Shown: positions 1 through 9,518, counted from the stretch's first letter. The stretch: DNA of 14,033 nucleotides from Candidatus Zixiibacteriota bacterium (GCA_029932605.1 JAOZPT010000056.1:1-14033), one strand, 5' to 3'. Numbers and translations: made by a program. Notes: generated from the letters alone by a model not told the origin.

Positions 1-107
1 CGATGATTGAACTCTGAGATATGGTCTTTGGAAAAACTATATATTTTTTTAGCCCCGCTATATTTTATTCTCTTATCAGAAATATTAAACCTTAATTGAT
101 TTTCCAT
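1..107 (-). CDS. Partial hypothetical protein (5' end; runs off the left edge)
   Basis: Not in the ORF track. ATG at 107-105 is preceded by AGAGG (SD-like). The frame is open to the window edge: MENQLRFNISDKRIKYSGAKKIYSFSKDHISEFNH... A candidate promoter lies upstream. Confidence 0.55.
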   Translation of the reverse strand, partial: MENQLRFNISDKRIKYSGAKKIYSFSKDHISEFNH

Positions 108-195
108 ATCTATCGCCTCTTTAATATTGACCTGTTTTACCCTTTTTTGTAATTATCGAGCGTAGAAAATTCAACCTTAACTCCCGCAAATAAAA

Positions 196-223
196 AATAT
201 AACTACAAATTTGGATATGGCAA
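196..223 (-). promoter_or_regulatory. Candidate sigma70 promoter for the left-edge ORF
   Basis: Minus strand TTGCCA (223-218), 16-nt spacer, TATATT (201-196). Confidence 0.4.
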
Positions 224-439
224 GTTAAATAATTAAGTTAACGGACCAGGACCTCTCTTATAGCTTTACCCGGTTATTGCTTGGTGGTTATAACAATTTT
301 TAACCTTTGAGAATAAGCTGACTTTTCCCGATGGAAAGAGCACGTACAGATTTGAAGGGATAGATGTAAGAGCAAAAAAGCAGTTATTTGTTCATATTAA
401 TGATGTATTGCAATGCGTCAGATTTTTTAGGCTACAAGA

Positions 440-1498
440 TCATTTAAGCTTCTCTATCTCCGCAAGTAAGGCCTCGGCTATCTCAACCTCTTTCAACTTC
501 TTAATGGTTTTGCCTTTTTTAGTCAGAAGAAGATACCCTTTGCCGCCGATGACGCCGATATCGGCATCTTTAGCCTCGCCCGGACCGTTGACCACACAGC
601 CCATAACCGCCACTTTTATCGGCTTGTCAACCTGCTCCAGAGCTTTTTCCACCTTTGCAACAAGCGGTATTAAATCTATTTCAGTGCGCCCGCAGGTTGG
701 ACATGAGACGAGCTCAGGACCTTTACGGCGTAAATCCAATGCCCTCAAAATCTCCCAGGCGGATTTAATTTCCTCGGTGACATCGGCTGTAAGAGAGACA
801 CGTATTGTATCGCCGATACCCTGATATAAAAGAACGCCAAGAGCGACAGCCGATTTAATCGAGCCTCTCAATGCCGGACCGGCTTCGGTTACCCCAAGGT
901 GAAGGGGGTAATCACATTTATCAGCTATCAAACGATACGCCTTGATAGTCTCCCAGGCGGTAGAGGCCTTAAGCGAGATGACGATATCATGAAAATCGCA
1001 TTTCTCTAATATAACTATATGTCTTAGTGCGGACTCTACCAGTGCCTCCGGTTTTGGGCCGACATATTTATCAATCAAATCCAGCTCCAGGGAACCCTGG
1101 TTTACGCCAATCCTTATCGGGATGGATTTTTCCTTAGCCTTTTCAACTACCAGCCTGATACGGTCCTCCTTACCGATATTGCCGGGGTTGATCCTTAGTT
1201 TATCCACACCAGCATCAGCTGCTGCCAAAGCTAACCGGTAGTTAAAATGGATATCTGCTACCAAAGGCACCGGGCAACCGGCTTTAATCTCGGCCAAAGC
1301 ATCAACGGCCTTTTCATCCGGAACCGCTACACGAACTATATCAGCACCGGCTTTTACCATGCTGTCTATCTGTGTCAGTGTCTCGGTAACTTTGTGGGTT
1401 TTCGTGGAACACATGCTTTGAACAGCGATGGGACTATTTCCCCCGATAGTAACATCACCTATTTTCACCAGACGGCTTTTCCTACGGGTTATCTTCAT
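440..1498 (-). CDS. ispG: (E)-4-hydroxy-3-methylbut-2-enyl-diphosphate synthase (flavodoxin/ferredoxin)
   Basis: Motifs VQSM, VADIHF, RINPGNIG, IRIGVNxGSL, YPLHLGVTEAG, GIGDTIRVSLT, and the 4Fe-4S ligands CPTCGR / MGCVVNGPGEA. The start is ATG 1498 (or GTG 1501), overlapping the ispH stop. Confidence 0.97.
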   Translation of the reverse strand: MKITRRKSRLVKIGDVTIGGNSPIAVQSMCSTKTHKVTETLTQIDSMVKAGADIVRVAVPDEKAVDALAEIKAGCPVPLVADIHFNYRLALAAADAGVDKLRINPGNIGKEDRIRLVVEKAKEKSIPIRIGVNQGSLELDLIDKYVGPKPEALVESALRHIVILEKCDFHDIVISLKASTAWETIKAYRLIADKCDYPLHLGVTEAGPALRGSIKSAVALGVLLYQGIGDTIRVSLTADVTEEIKSAWEILRALDLRRKGPELVSCPTCGRTEIDLIPLVAKVEKALEQVDKPIKVAVMGCVVNGPGEAKDADIGVIGGKGYLLLTKKGKTIKKLKEVEIAEALLAEIEKLK

Positions 1499-2373
1499 CA
1501 CACCTCTATCAATTTTGCGGATATCCCTTTTATTTCAGCAAGTTCCATTATCTTTTTTAAAACCTCATCGACCAATGTTTCCGGCGTTGAAGCGCCGGAG
1601 GTAATACCGAGGTTTTCAATTCCTTCAATCCATTTCGGGTTAAGCTCTTCAGCTTTGTCTAACAGATGTGATTTGGTGCCCAGTTTTTCGGCGATCTGAA
1701 CTAACCTCTGTGAGTTGGCTGAATTGTATGAGCCGATAACGAAAACAAGATCAACCAGGGATACCAGTTTTTTTATCGCCTCCTGACGTCGAATAGTGGC
1801 TTTGCAGATAGTGTTTTTTACCAGGCAATTATTAAATCGCTTCTTCATCTTATCAGCAGTAACAAGAAAATCATCGTATGACTGTGTACTCTGAGAAATA
1901 AAAGCCACCGGCTTATCGAAATCAGGCAAGGTGTCTACATCATTTGCTGAAGAGAGAAGATGTATATTATCGGGGGCAACTCCCTGAATTCCCTTGACCT
2001 CGTCATGGCCAGAATCGCCAAAAAGCACCACCACATAACCATCATCGGTTAAATTTTTAACGATTCTATGTATCAACTTAACCAGTGGGCAAGTTGTATC
2101 TATCACATTAAGGCCTTTTGCTTGTGCCTTTTTAATAACTTCCGGTGGAATACCATGAGCGGAGATTATCAGTGTACCCTCCTTGGCATCTTTAAGATCA
2201 CGGATTTGGCCAAGCCCCCAGCTTTTCAGTCTTTTTATCACTGTTAAATTATGAACTATCTCATTTAGGATATTTATCGTGCCGCTGATTTCCTCCCTTG
2301 CTTTTTGAGTAAGGTGAATGGAGCGTTTAACGCCATTACAAAAGCCCCTATATTTGGCTAAATATATCTTCAT
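1498..2373 (-). CDS. ispH: 4-hydroxy-3-methylbut-2-enyl diphosphate reductase
   Basis: GFCxGV, IVHN, SAHG, DTTCPLV, GHDEV, NTICxAT, SANS and GASTP motifs; three Fe-S cysteines. Confidence 0.96.
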   Translation of the reverse strand: MKIYLAKYRGFCNGVKRSIHLTQKAREEISGTINILNEIVHNLTVIKRLKSWGLGQIRDLKDAKEGTLIISAHGIPPEVIKKAQAKGLNVIDTTCPLVKLIHRIVKNLTDDGYVVVLFGDSGHDEVKGIQGVAPDNIHLLSSANDVDTLPDFDKPVAFISQSTQSYDDFLVTADKMKKRFNNCLVKNTICKATIRRQEAIKKLVSLVDLVFVIGSYNSANSQRLVQIAEKLGTKSHLLDKAEELNPKWIEGIENLGITSGASTPETLVDEVLKKIMELAEIKGISAKLIEV

Positions 2374-2402
2374 ATCATAACCGTATTAAAACCAGGTCAG
2401 GT

Positions 2403-2978
2403 TTATACGACACCTGCCTTTTTGGTAGAGCTCAACTTGAAAAACAGTTTGAACAAAGACAGGTTGTCGGAAAGTTCAGGGTGGAACGTAAAGCCTAATA
2501 TGTTATGTTGTCTGACTCCGACAGGCTCACCTTTATACTCAGCGATAACCTCAACCTCTGTTCCGATATCAACAATTCGTGGTGCCCGGATGAAGACCAT
2601 CTCCACTTTCTCCCCATCAGGAAGAAGCCTGCCTGTATCCGAGAATGAATTTATCTGGGAACCGTAAGCGTTTCTCATGACTGTGATATTTAACCGTCCC
2701 AGATTTTCTTCGATAGGATTTTGGCTTTTTAAGGCAAGAAGAATAATACCAGCGCATGTTCCCAGTATGGGGCCGTCGAATTGTTTTAATAAGTTCCAGA
2801 GGCCGTTCTCTTTTGCCAGTTTTTTCATTGTTGTCGATTCACCACCGGGGATTATAACTGAATCGACCTGTCTTAGTTCATCAGGAGTTTTCACATACAA
2901 ATATCCACTACCGAGACTTTTTAAGATGTGGCCATAGACAGAATAATCGCCCTGTAATGAAAGTATTCCTGCAAGCAT
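2403..2978 (-). CDS. pdxT: Pyridoxal 5'-phosphate synthase glutaminase subunit
   Basis: LQG, PGGESTT, GTCAG (catalytic Cys), RNAYGSQ, FIRAP, FHPEL (His-Glu). Lies 5 nt downstream of pdxS. Confidence 0.96.
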   Translation of the reverse strand: MLAGILSLQGDYSVYGHILKSLGSGYLYVKTPDELRQVDSVIIPGGESTTMKKLAKENGLWNLLKQFDGPILGTCAGIILLALKSQNPIEENLGRLNITVMRNAYGSQINSFSDTGRLLPDGEKVEMVFIRAPRIVDIGTEVEVIAEYKGEPVGVRQHNILGFTFHPELSDNLSLFKLFFKLSSTKKAGVV

Positions 2979-2983
2979 CTACA

Positions 2984-3862
2984 TTATCGTGTCTGGAGCA
3001 ATTGCTCCTCAGGGATAAGCTTGATGTCCAACCCTTTCATTGGCTCACCCAACCCCTTGGAAACCTCGGCAACCTTTTCCGGGTCGTTGTAATGCGTGGT
3101 GGCTATTACAATAGCTTTTGCTCGGCGAGATGGGTCGGAGGATTTGAATATACCTGAACCAACGAAAACTGCCTCAGCACCAAGCTGCATCATCAGTGAA
3201 GCGTCAGCCGGCGTAGCGATACCGCCCGCAGCAAAATTTGGAACAGGCAATTTCTTATGGGCCTTAACCCACTTAACAATCTCATAGGGGGCGCCAAGCG
3301 TTTTTGCCTCGGTCATCAATTGTTCATCGTCAAGTGAAATCAGACGGCGGATACTGTCGTTAACAAGGCGGATATGACGGACAGCCTCGACAATGTTACC
3401 CGAGCCAGCCTCACCTTTGGTGCGAATAAGAGCTGCACCCTCGCCAATTCGTCTTAGAGCCTCACCAAGGTTCCGACAACCACAGACAAACGGGATTTTG
3501 AATTTATACTTGTCAACATGGTTTTGCTCATCGGCGGGGGTTAGAACCTCTGATTCGTCAATAAAATCAATTTTTAAAGACTCCAGAACCTGAGCCTCGG
3601 CAAAATGACCTATCCGGCATTTGGCCATTACCGGTATGCTGACTGCTTCTTTGACCTTAGCTATCATAGCCGGATCTGCCATCCGGGCAACACCACCTTC
3701 TTTGCGAATATCAGCGGGAACCCTCTCCAGAGCCATAACCGCTACTGCTCCAGCATCCTCGGCGATTTTAGCTTGATCCACGGTGGTGATATCCATAATT
3801 ACCCCACCCTTGAGCATCTCGGCCAACCCCACTTTTACCTTGAAATCTTTATCATCAAACAT
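2984..3862 (-). CDS. pdxS: Pyridoxal 5'-phosphate synthase lyase subunit
   Basis: [66 protein letters not shown] upstream. Confidence 0.98.
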   Translation of the reverse strand: MFDDKDFKVKVGLAEMLKGGVIMDITTVDQAKIAEDAGAVAVMALERVPADIRKEGGVARMADPAMIAKVKEAVSIPVMAKCRIGHFAEAQVLESLKIDFIDESEVLTPADEQNHVDKYKFKIPFVCGCRNLGEALRRIGEGAALIRTKGEAGSGNIVEAVRHIRLVNDSIRRLISLDDEQLMTEAKTLGAPYEIVKWVKAHKKLPVPNFAAGGIATPADASLMMQLGAEAVFVGSGIFKSSDPSRRAKAIVIATTHYNDPEKVAEVSKGLGEPMKGLDIKLIPEEQLLQTR

Positions 3863-4020
3863 ATCACAACACCTCTTTTGTGATAGAATTACTCACGAAT
3901 CCCATCCAGCCTTATTTTACCTTTATCTATTAAAGCCAGTTTCCTCAAAGTGATTAGTTATCATGAAACCAACCTGCCAGAAACCGAGAAATATCAAATC
4001 GGTTTTTTTCCCTATATGAT

Positions 4021-4049
4021 AGGATAAAGCACAAAAATATCCATGTCAA
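4021..4049 (-). promoter_or_regulatory. Sigma70 promoter of the pdxS-pdxT-ispH-ispG operon
   Basis: Minus strand TTGACA (4049-4044), 17-nt spacer, TATCCT (4026-4021). Confidence 0.6.
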
Positions 4050-4167
4050 GCATATTGCTGATAAGGATTTTTTTAAATAACACTAATATCCACATACTCA
4101 GTGGCTTATCTATAGGGACAGAATGATATTCTGTTCAAGATGGTAACCTGCTCAAAGGTTGGCTTAT

Positions 4168-4190
4168 GTGGCTTGGGCATCCTGCCCAAG
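4168..4190 (+). repeat. REP-like palindrome
   Basis: GTGG tetranucleotide followed by the perfect 8-bp stem CTTGGGCA-tcc-TGCCCAAG, which is the GT(A/G)G + hairpin layout of REP elements. Confidence 0.5.
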
Positions 4191-4316
4191 ATTAAACGTT
4201 CAGTCAGGTCGTAGTGAAACGTGGCCTGATGGTTATTGCCCGTTCACACCGGGTGACTATTAACCGGCTGAATCTTAAATAGAAAAAGCTTTATGACAAG
4301 AGCTTATTTCTAACCT

Positions 4317-5324
4317 CTATATCCTGTATCTATTGAGTATTTCATTATCGATAGGACATATTGGGATATCCTTACTTTGAGCCCCTTTTTTAATATTAAC
4401 GATAACGCTCTTTTGGGTTTTGGCATCACTATAGCGGGCGGTTATGGAGGCGGCAAGCTTGATATCATCCTGGCTGGCCTTACCCCGGAGAAGCCCAATG
4501 GGTGAGCCTACGTTCATTACCTCGAAAATAAAATCGCTTTTTTTAGAAAGATATAAAATCGCCTTATTCTCCTCCTCGTTCCTTCCTATGATTAACTTGC
4601 ACCTTTCTGATAACCTGAAATGACGGCCTACCCTTAATAGGTCTATATCATTAAAATCGAACTTGCTTTCGAAGGTGAAAAGGTCTTCAATCTTTCTGGA
4701 GTATTGTTGGTCAGTTAGGAGGCAACCACCTGCAGGTGATGAGTAATCTTTTAAACCAAACTTTTTTGCTAAAGCTATCTGTTTTTTTCGAGACCGCCCC
4801 TGTATATCCAAAAGCCATTCTCTCTTTATCAAACCCTCTTTCTCGGGCAGAGTAGGTGGTAGAAGTTTTCCGGAAAGCGGCCTGACAAGCCTTCCCCCAA
4901 GACCGCTTTTTTCGGCGATCATATCGAGATTATCGCGCAACTGCGACAAAGGCCTTTGGCCCAGCACCTCACCGGTGATAACGAAATCAGCCCCGCTTCT
5001 CTCCATATGAACACCGGCTTCTTTTAACATCAACAACCGACAATCGATACATGGATTCATATTTTTACCACGCCCAAATTTCGGGTTTTTTACAATCTCA
5101 ACGAAATCCCATCCAAGATGTTTGTTTATTATATTAAATCCCCATTCCTTAGCAACAGAACTCGAGGTTGAATTACCGGATGGCATATCACCGGTACTAT
5201 ATCCGAAAGGTATTATAAATTTCAGCGCCTCAACCTCTACCTCATGGTGTATCATCACTAAAATCGCCAGCGCTGAATCCAGGCCACCGGAATAAAGAGC
5301 TATCGCTTTTGGTTTATTCGTCAT
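4317..5324 (-). CDS. PP-loop tRNA sulfurtransferase-like protein (ThiI/MnmA-like catalytic domain plus C-terminal NFACT-R/DUF814-like domain)
   Basis: SGGLDS PP-loop, NPCIDCR, TGEVLGQRPxSQ, RPLSGKLL, PAGGCLLTD, GRHFRL, GRNEEEN. There is no N-terminal THUMP domain. Confidence 0.85.
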   Translation of the reverse strand: MTNKPKAIALYSGGLDSALAILVMIHHEVEVEALKFIIPFGYSTGDMPSGNSTSSSVAKEWGFNIINKHLGWDFVEIVKNPKFGRGKNMNPCIDCRLLMLKEAGVHMERSGADFVITGEVLGQRPLSQLRDNLDMIAEKSGLGGRLVRPLSGKLLPPTLPEKEGLIKREWLLDIQGRSRKKQIALAKKFGLKDYSSPAGGCLLTDQQYSRKIEDLFTFESKFDFNDIDLLRVGRHFRLSERCKLIIGRNEEENKAILYLSKKSDFIFEVMNVGSPIGLLRGKASQDDIKLAASITARYSDAKTQKSVIVNIKKGAQSKDIPICPIDNEILNRYRI

Positions 5325-5432
5325 CGTATATAACGCCAGTAAAAATCATTAACTTTTTATTCATCGTTTGGTAGGTCTACGAGTTATCCAACCGAGCAAT
5401 GTTCATTATTACATATTACTTATCGAAGATCC

Positions 5433-6392
5433 TTAATGGTTCTCAAGGTTAATTTTTACCTTTTCCAAGTTCCTTTTAAATCTGTTAAATCCATATTCGC
5501 CCAATACCGTTCCCTGAAATCTGTTTTCGAATTTGGTTTCGGTTAAATCAGAGAGTTTATCAATATCCATATCATTAAAACCCTGGCCTGCTAAAAATTC
5601 TTCAGTATTTGTCCTAACAATGGACTTGTTATAAGGGCAGACAATCTGGCAGAGGTCACATCCAAACAGGTGATTGCCAACCTGAGGAATGTTGTTTTCA
5701 TACTCGGGATTCTGTGGACCACTGTCTAATTCAGTCGTCAGATATGAAATACATTTGGTAGCATTCAAAAGATGTGGTTTCTCCAAGGCTCCGGTAGGAC
5801 AGCTTTCAAGGCACTTATTGCAATCTGCGCAATGGTCAATCTCTGGATTGTCAGGCTCTATTTCGATATTTAGAAACAATTCACCTAAAAATACGAAACT
5901 CCCCGTATTCCTGTTTACGAGAAGAGTATTTTTGCCTCGCCACCCCAGTCCAGCCATCTGAGCCCATAGTTTATCAAACGTTGGTGATGTATCAACCGCG
6001 ATTTTACCTTTTGTGCCGGGTTTAACCGATTGAATATATTTAAGCAAAGCTTTGAGCTTATCTTTTATCACTTTCTGATAAGGTCTTCCCCGGGCATAAA
6101 TCGACACATATGGTTTGTCAGGACTATAACCGGTATCATTGAAGTAGCTTATGCCGACAGCTACAATAGATCTGGTATTCTCCATAAACAATCTGGGGTC
6201 ACTTCGCTGACGTGGTTTTCTGGCCATATATGTCATCTGCCCATGATAACCCTTGTTCAGCCAGCAAAGCAGATGGTCATGGTCTTCCGGGCTGTAGCAG
6301 GGTTGGCACACTCCGACGAGGTCGAAACCTAACTGCTTGGCTTTTGATTTTATCTTATCTTTTAAATCTGTCTTTCCCATCGAGAATTTCAA
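5433..6392 (-). CDS. queG: tRNA epoxyqueuosine(34) reductase QueG family
   Basis: LGFDLVG, WLxxGYHGxMxYM, VDTSP, AGLGWRGKNTLL, GSFVFLG, CxxCxxCxxxCP, CISYLT, GCDxCQxVCP. The start could be TTG 6392 or ATG 6380. Confidence 0.9.
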   Translation of the reverse strand: MKFSMGKTDLKDKIKSKAKQLGFDLVGVCQPCYSPEDHDHLLCWLNKGYHGQMTYMARKPRQRSDPRLFMENTRSIVAVGISYFNDTGYSPDKPYVSIYARGRPYQKVIKDKLKALLKYIQSVKPGTKGKIAVDTSPTFDKLWAQMAGLGWRGKNTLLVNRNTGSFVFLGELFLNIEIEPDNPEIDHCADCNKCLESCPTGALEKPHLLNATKCISYLTTELDSGPQNPEYENNIPQVGNHLFGCDLCQIVCPYNKSIVRTNTEEFLAGQGFNDMDIDKLSDLTETKFENRFQGTVLGEYGFNRFKRNLEKVKINLENH

Positions 6393-6428
6393 ACATTAAT
6401 AATAAAGCCCCGCATTGAATAAGAATAT

Positions 6429-7361
6429 TTATAACAGCTTGTATGTCAGGCCTATTGCTAATGTTTGTTTAAAGCGGCCGCGAAGGTTTATCTCTTTGTC
6501 GTACAATAGCTGGGTATAAAGGGAAACCGTAAGATATTTAGCTACCGAGACGGTAAATCGGTTTTCCAGATTTATATCAATTGTTTTCCAATAATCCTGT
6601 CGCGGAGTTCCTTTATATTTGTCAGCTCCCGAGAAAAATATGGCATTGTAAAAAGAAATCTTCGACACAAAGCCAACGATTTTCGATAGCTGCAATTTAA
6701 TATCGATTACAGATTCAATACCTCCGTCAGTTGTGGTCCTTGTTTTGGTTTTTTCTAATAATGTATCTTTAACCTCCTTAGTGATAATCTGTCTTAGGGC
6801 AAAACCTACCCTGCCTAACAGTTCGTTGGCGGATGACTGGCTGTCGGAATCCTTGGCGAAAAATATCTTTGCCAATCCAGCTGACTCGGTAATTTTCAAA
6901 GGCGAGAAAAACCGGTTTATGGATGGCACCGCGGCATCTAAAAACTGCGTTTCCAACCTTAATGCCACATAAGGGTCTATAATCTTAGAAAGGGTAAACC
7001 GGCCCAGGTTTTCTATATCGATAAGGTCGGTGGATTTTTCAGGTTTGGACCAGTATTTTGTTGTTTTATTTCCAGAGGTAACCTGCCGCTGAATATGGGT
7101 CTGGCCAAAAGATAACTTTGAGTTGTTTTTAAAGTTGAATTTCGTTGATATCTGCTTTTCAAATGTACCAAATGCGTTAGCAACCCAATTGATACTTCCC
7201 GCCTCTCCGCCAGCCCAGTTATCCGAATAAGAATTTTGTGTCATCGTAAAATCTACATCAAAAGATTTAGACCAGCCTGCACTTTCCTGGCCTGAAGCCT
7301 GTTTTAGATATGAACAGAATAGCAGAAAAACAAAAAACATCATATAACTTGCACTTCGCAT
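6429..7361 (-). CDS. DUF3078-like outer-membrane beta-barrel protein
   Basis: Signal peptide, QNSYSDNWAGGE motif, KSTDLI, alternating beta-strand pattern, C-terminal GLTYKLL. The start is moved to ATG 7361 because AAGGAG lies 7 nt upstream. Confidence 0.75.
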   Translation of the reverse strand: MRSASYMMFFVFLLFCSYLKQASGQESAGWSKSFDVDFTMTQNSYSDNWAGGEAGSINWVANAFGTFEKQISTKFNFKNNSKLSFGQTHIQRQVTSGNKTTKYWSKPEKSTDLIDIENLGRFTLSKIIDPYVALRLETQFLDAAVPSINRFFSPLKITESAGLAKIFFAKDSDSQSSANELLGRVGFALRQIITKEVKDTLLEKTKTRTTTDGGIESVIDIKLQLSKIVGFVSKISFYNAIFFSGADKYKGTPRQDYWKTIDINLENRFTVSVAKYLTVSLYTQLLYDKEINLRGRFKQTLAIGLTYKLL

Positions 7362-7515
7362 TTTAGTACTCCTTTTTGACATTATCAAACTACAACCATC
7401 CACGATAATATGCTTATAAAATCAAAGATTTCCACAACAAATTTTGTTAAACCTTAGATTAAAGATTAAACTGTTAGATCGATAACCGCTTTATCCAATG
7501 ACGAGAGAATTGAAG

Positions 7516-7563
7516 AGATTAAAGTTTCGTTTCTTGACTGTCAAACTTATCTTGTAATAAAAT
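7516..7563. promoter_or_regulatory. Divergent sigma70 promoters with overlapping -35 boxes
   Basis: Palindrome TTGAC-T-GTCAA (7534-7544). Plus strand: TTGACT-18-TAAAAT (7558-7563). Minus strand: TTGACA-17-TAATCT (7521-7516). Confidence 0.55.
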
Positions 7564-7640
7564 ATAAACGTGTTTGTTTTTTTATTTCATGATTGCCATT
7601 CCGGTTATCGATATTTCCAGAATGAGGTAATGGAGGAAAC

Positions 7641-8948
7641 ATGAAGAAATTTTTCAGATTTCAGGAGCTTGGCACAGATTATAAAAAAGAGGTCCTTGGC
7701 GGGATAACCACTTTTATCGCTATGGCTTATATCATAATAGTCAACCCGGCAATTTTAGCCAATGGCGGCTTTCCCAAAGATGCAAGCGTAACCGCCACAA
7801 TTATCGCAGCTATGATTGGTACATTCATCATGGCGGTTTACGCCAAACGTCCCTTTGCCATAGCTCCCTACATGGGAGAAAACGCATTCATTGCATATAC
7901 CGTATGTATTAGTTTAGGATATAAATGGCAAACGGCATTAGGTGCCGTCTTCATCGGTGGCATAATATTCGTCCTCATAACCGCTTTTAAGATAAGAGGC
8001 TGGTTGGCAAAAGCAATTCCCGACTGCCTTAAAAGAAGCTTTGCCGTCGGAATCGGATTTTTTATAATGTTCATCGGCCTTAATGAAACAGGAATCATAC
8101 AATTAGGCATTGAGGGTTCCCCCGTAAAAATTGGTCAGCTATCAGCTCCAGGACCACTGCTTGCTGTTTTATGCATACTGGTCATATTCATACTGATGAT
8201 AAAAAAAATACCGGGCTCGCTTCTTATAGGAATACTGGTAACTACAATTATCTCTTTTGTTACTGGAGTTGCAGAATGGCCCGCAAAATTGATTTCAGCA
8301 CCCCCATCCTTGTCACCACTTTTTTTAAAGCTGGATTTGGCTGGAGTTTTAACATTTGATTTTCTGCCCGTGATTCTTGTTGTATTCATACTTGACTTTG
8401 TGGATACGATGGGTACCCTGATAGGGGTTTCCGCCAGAGCCGGCCTTTTGGATGAAAACCTAAATCTACCGGAGATAGAAAAGCCAATGATGGCGGATGC
8501 CATTGCCACTGTAACCGGGGCATTGGCAGGAACATCAACAACCGGTACATTCTTGGAATCGGCTGCTGGTATTGAGGCCGGAGCCAAGAGTGGTTTTTCA
8601 TCGCTTGTCACAACACTGTTTTTCGCACTTTGTCTTCTCTTCGCACCTTTGTTTGTGTCCGTTCCTCCTTTTGCTTATGGAGCTGCTCTGGTAGTTGTTG
8701 GCTTTTCAATGTTATCACCTATAAAGGATATTACATTTGATGACTATTCCGAACTGTTTCCATCGGTTGCTACAATAGCGTTAATGAGTTTCACTTATAA
8801 CATCGGCTTCGGGATGACCGCTGGTTTTTTCCTTTATCCAGTCACCAAGATAGTTGCTGGTAAAACCAGGGAATTGACCACGGGGGTCTGGATTCTTTTC
8901 GGCATCTCGGTTCTGCTTTTTATAATCTATCCATATGATAGGATTTAA
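7641..8948 (+). CDS. NCS2 family (AzgA/PbuG-like) purine permease
   Basis: GITTFIAMAYIIIVNPxIL, APYMGENAF, AVGIGFFI, DFVDTMGTL, ESAAGIEAG; many TM segments; GGAGG SD. Confidence 0.93.
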   Translation: MKKFFRFQELGTDYKKEVLGGITTFIAMAYIIIVNPAILANGGFPKDASVTATIIAAMIGTFIMAVYAKRPFAIAPYMGENAFIAYTVCISLGYKWQTALGAVFIGGIIFVLITAFKIRGWLAKAIPDCLKRSFAVGIGFFIMFIGLNETGIIQLGIEGSPVKIGQLSAPGPLLAVLCILVIFILMIKKIPGSLLIGILVTTIISFVTGVAEWPAKLISAPPSLSPLFLKLDLAGVLTFDFLPVILVVFILDFVDTMGTLIGVSARAGLLDENLNLPEIEKPMMADAIATVTGALAGTSTTGTFLESAAGIEAGAKSGFSSLVTTLFFALCLLFAPLFVSVPPFAYGAALVVVGFSMLSPIKDITFDDYSELFPSVATIALMSFTYNIGFGMTAGFFLYPVTKIVAGKTRELTTGVWILFGISVLLFIIYPYDRI

Positions 8949-9518
8949 AAAAACAACAACAGGCGAAAATCATAAATACCCCCTCGTTTTAATAAAGGTG
9001 ATTTCTCAGGCTAAATATTGCTGATTCTCGAGATTAAATATTCAAAAAAAATGTAAATCGACTGACAGGTTCTGACACAATAAAATTATAAGTTTTTCAT
9101 ACGCGGGATATTTGCTGCGGTCTTGAGCACATAAAAGTGCGAATAGTAATCACACCCTGGTCAAAAGGGGGGTTTAATTTATGCAAGATTTTATATCAAC
9201 ATTAACAAATACTGTTATTAAATCTTTTAACATTAATCAAATTCTATATTTTTTAGAATCACAAAATAATCCTATTTTTTTATCCAAATATAAATCCGGT
9301 TAACTATCAAGCATTACGGATAGAGTTCTCCGACCAGAATTGATGTAAATTTTCATTGTGCATATTCTATTGGTTTTATATATTGTAAATGTGTTAAATA
9401 TAGGCTATCAAAGGTGCTAAGATGAAGGAATTCTCCCTTTTAAAAGGAACTTATAGATTCTTTTCCATTGTTTAAACAGGGCATTACATTATGTTAAAGT
9501 AATTGGGAATTTAACTAA

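Noticed and set aside
408..3883. Plus-strand ORFs (408, 1247, 2422, 2677, 2957, 3096, 3393, 3605)
   Set aside because: These are antisense shadows of ispG, ispH, pdxT and pdxS with no recognisable motifs.
4214..4232. GAAAC and CTGATG resembling hammerhead ribozyme core motifs
   Set aside because: Only 5 nt separate them, leaving no room for stems III and I, and CUGAUGA is incomplete.
7564..7640. Purine or preQ1 riboswitch ahead of the NCS2 permease
   Set aside because: The leader is short and AT-rich, with no aptamer consensus or expression-platform terminator visible.
5689..8611. Short ORFs overlapping queG, the DUF3078-like gene and the NCS2 permease
   Set aside because: They are antisense or off-frame shadows of well-supported genes.
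9062..9077. CTGACA direct repeat with 10-bp period (OmpR/PhoB-like box?)
   Set aside because: There are only two 6-mers, they are far from a clear promoter, and they could occur by chance.
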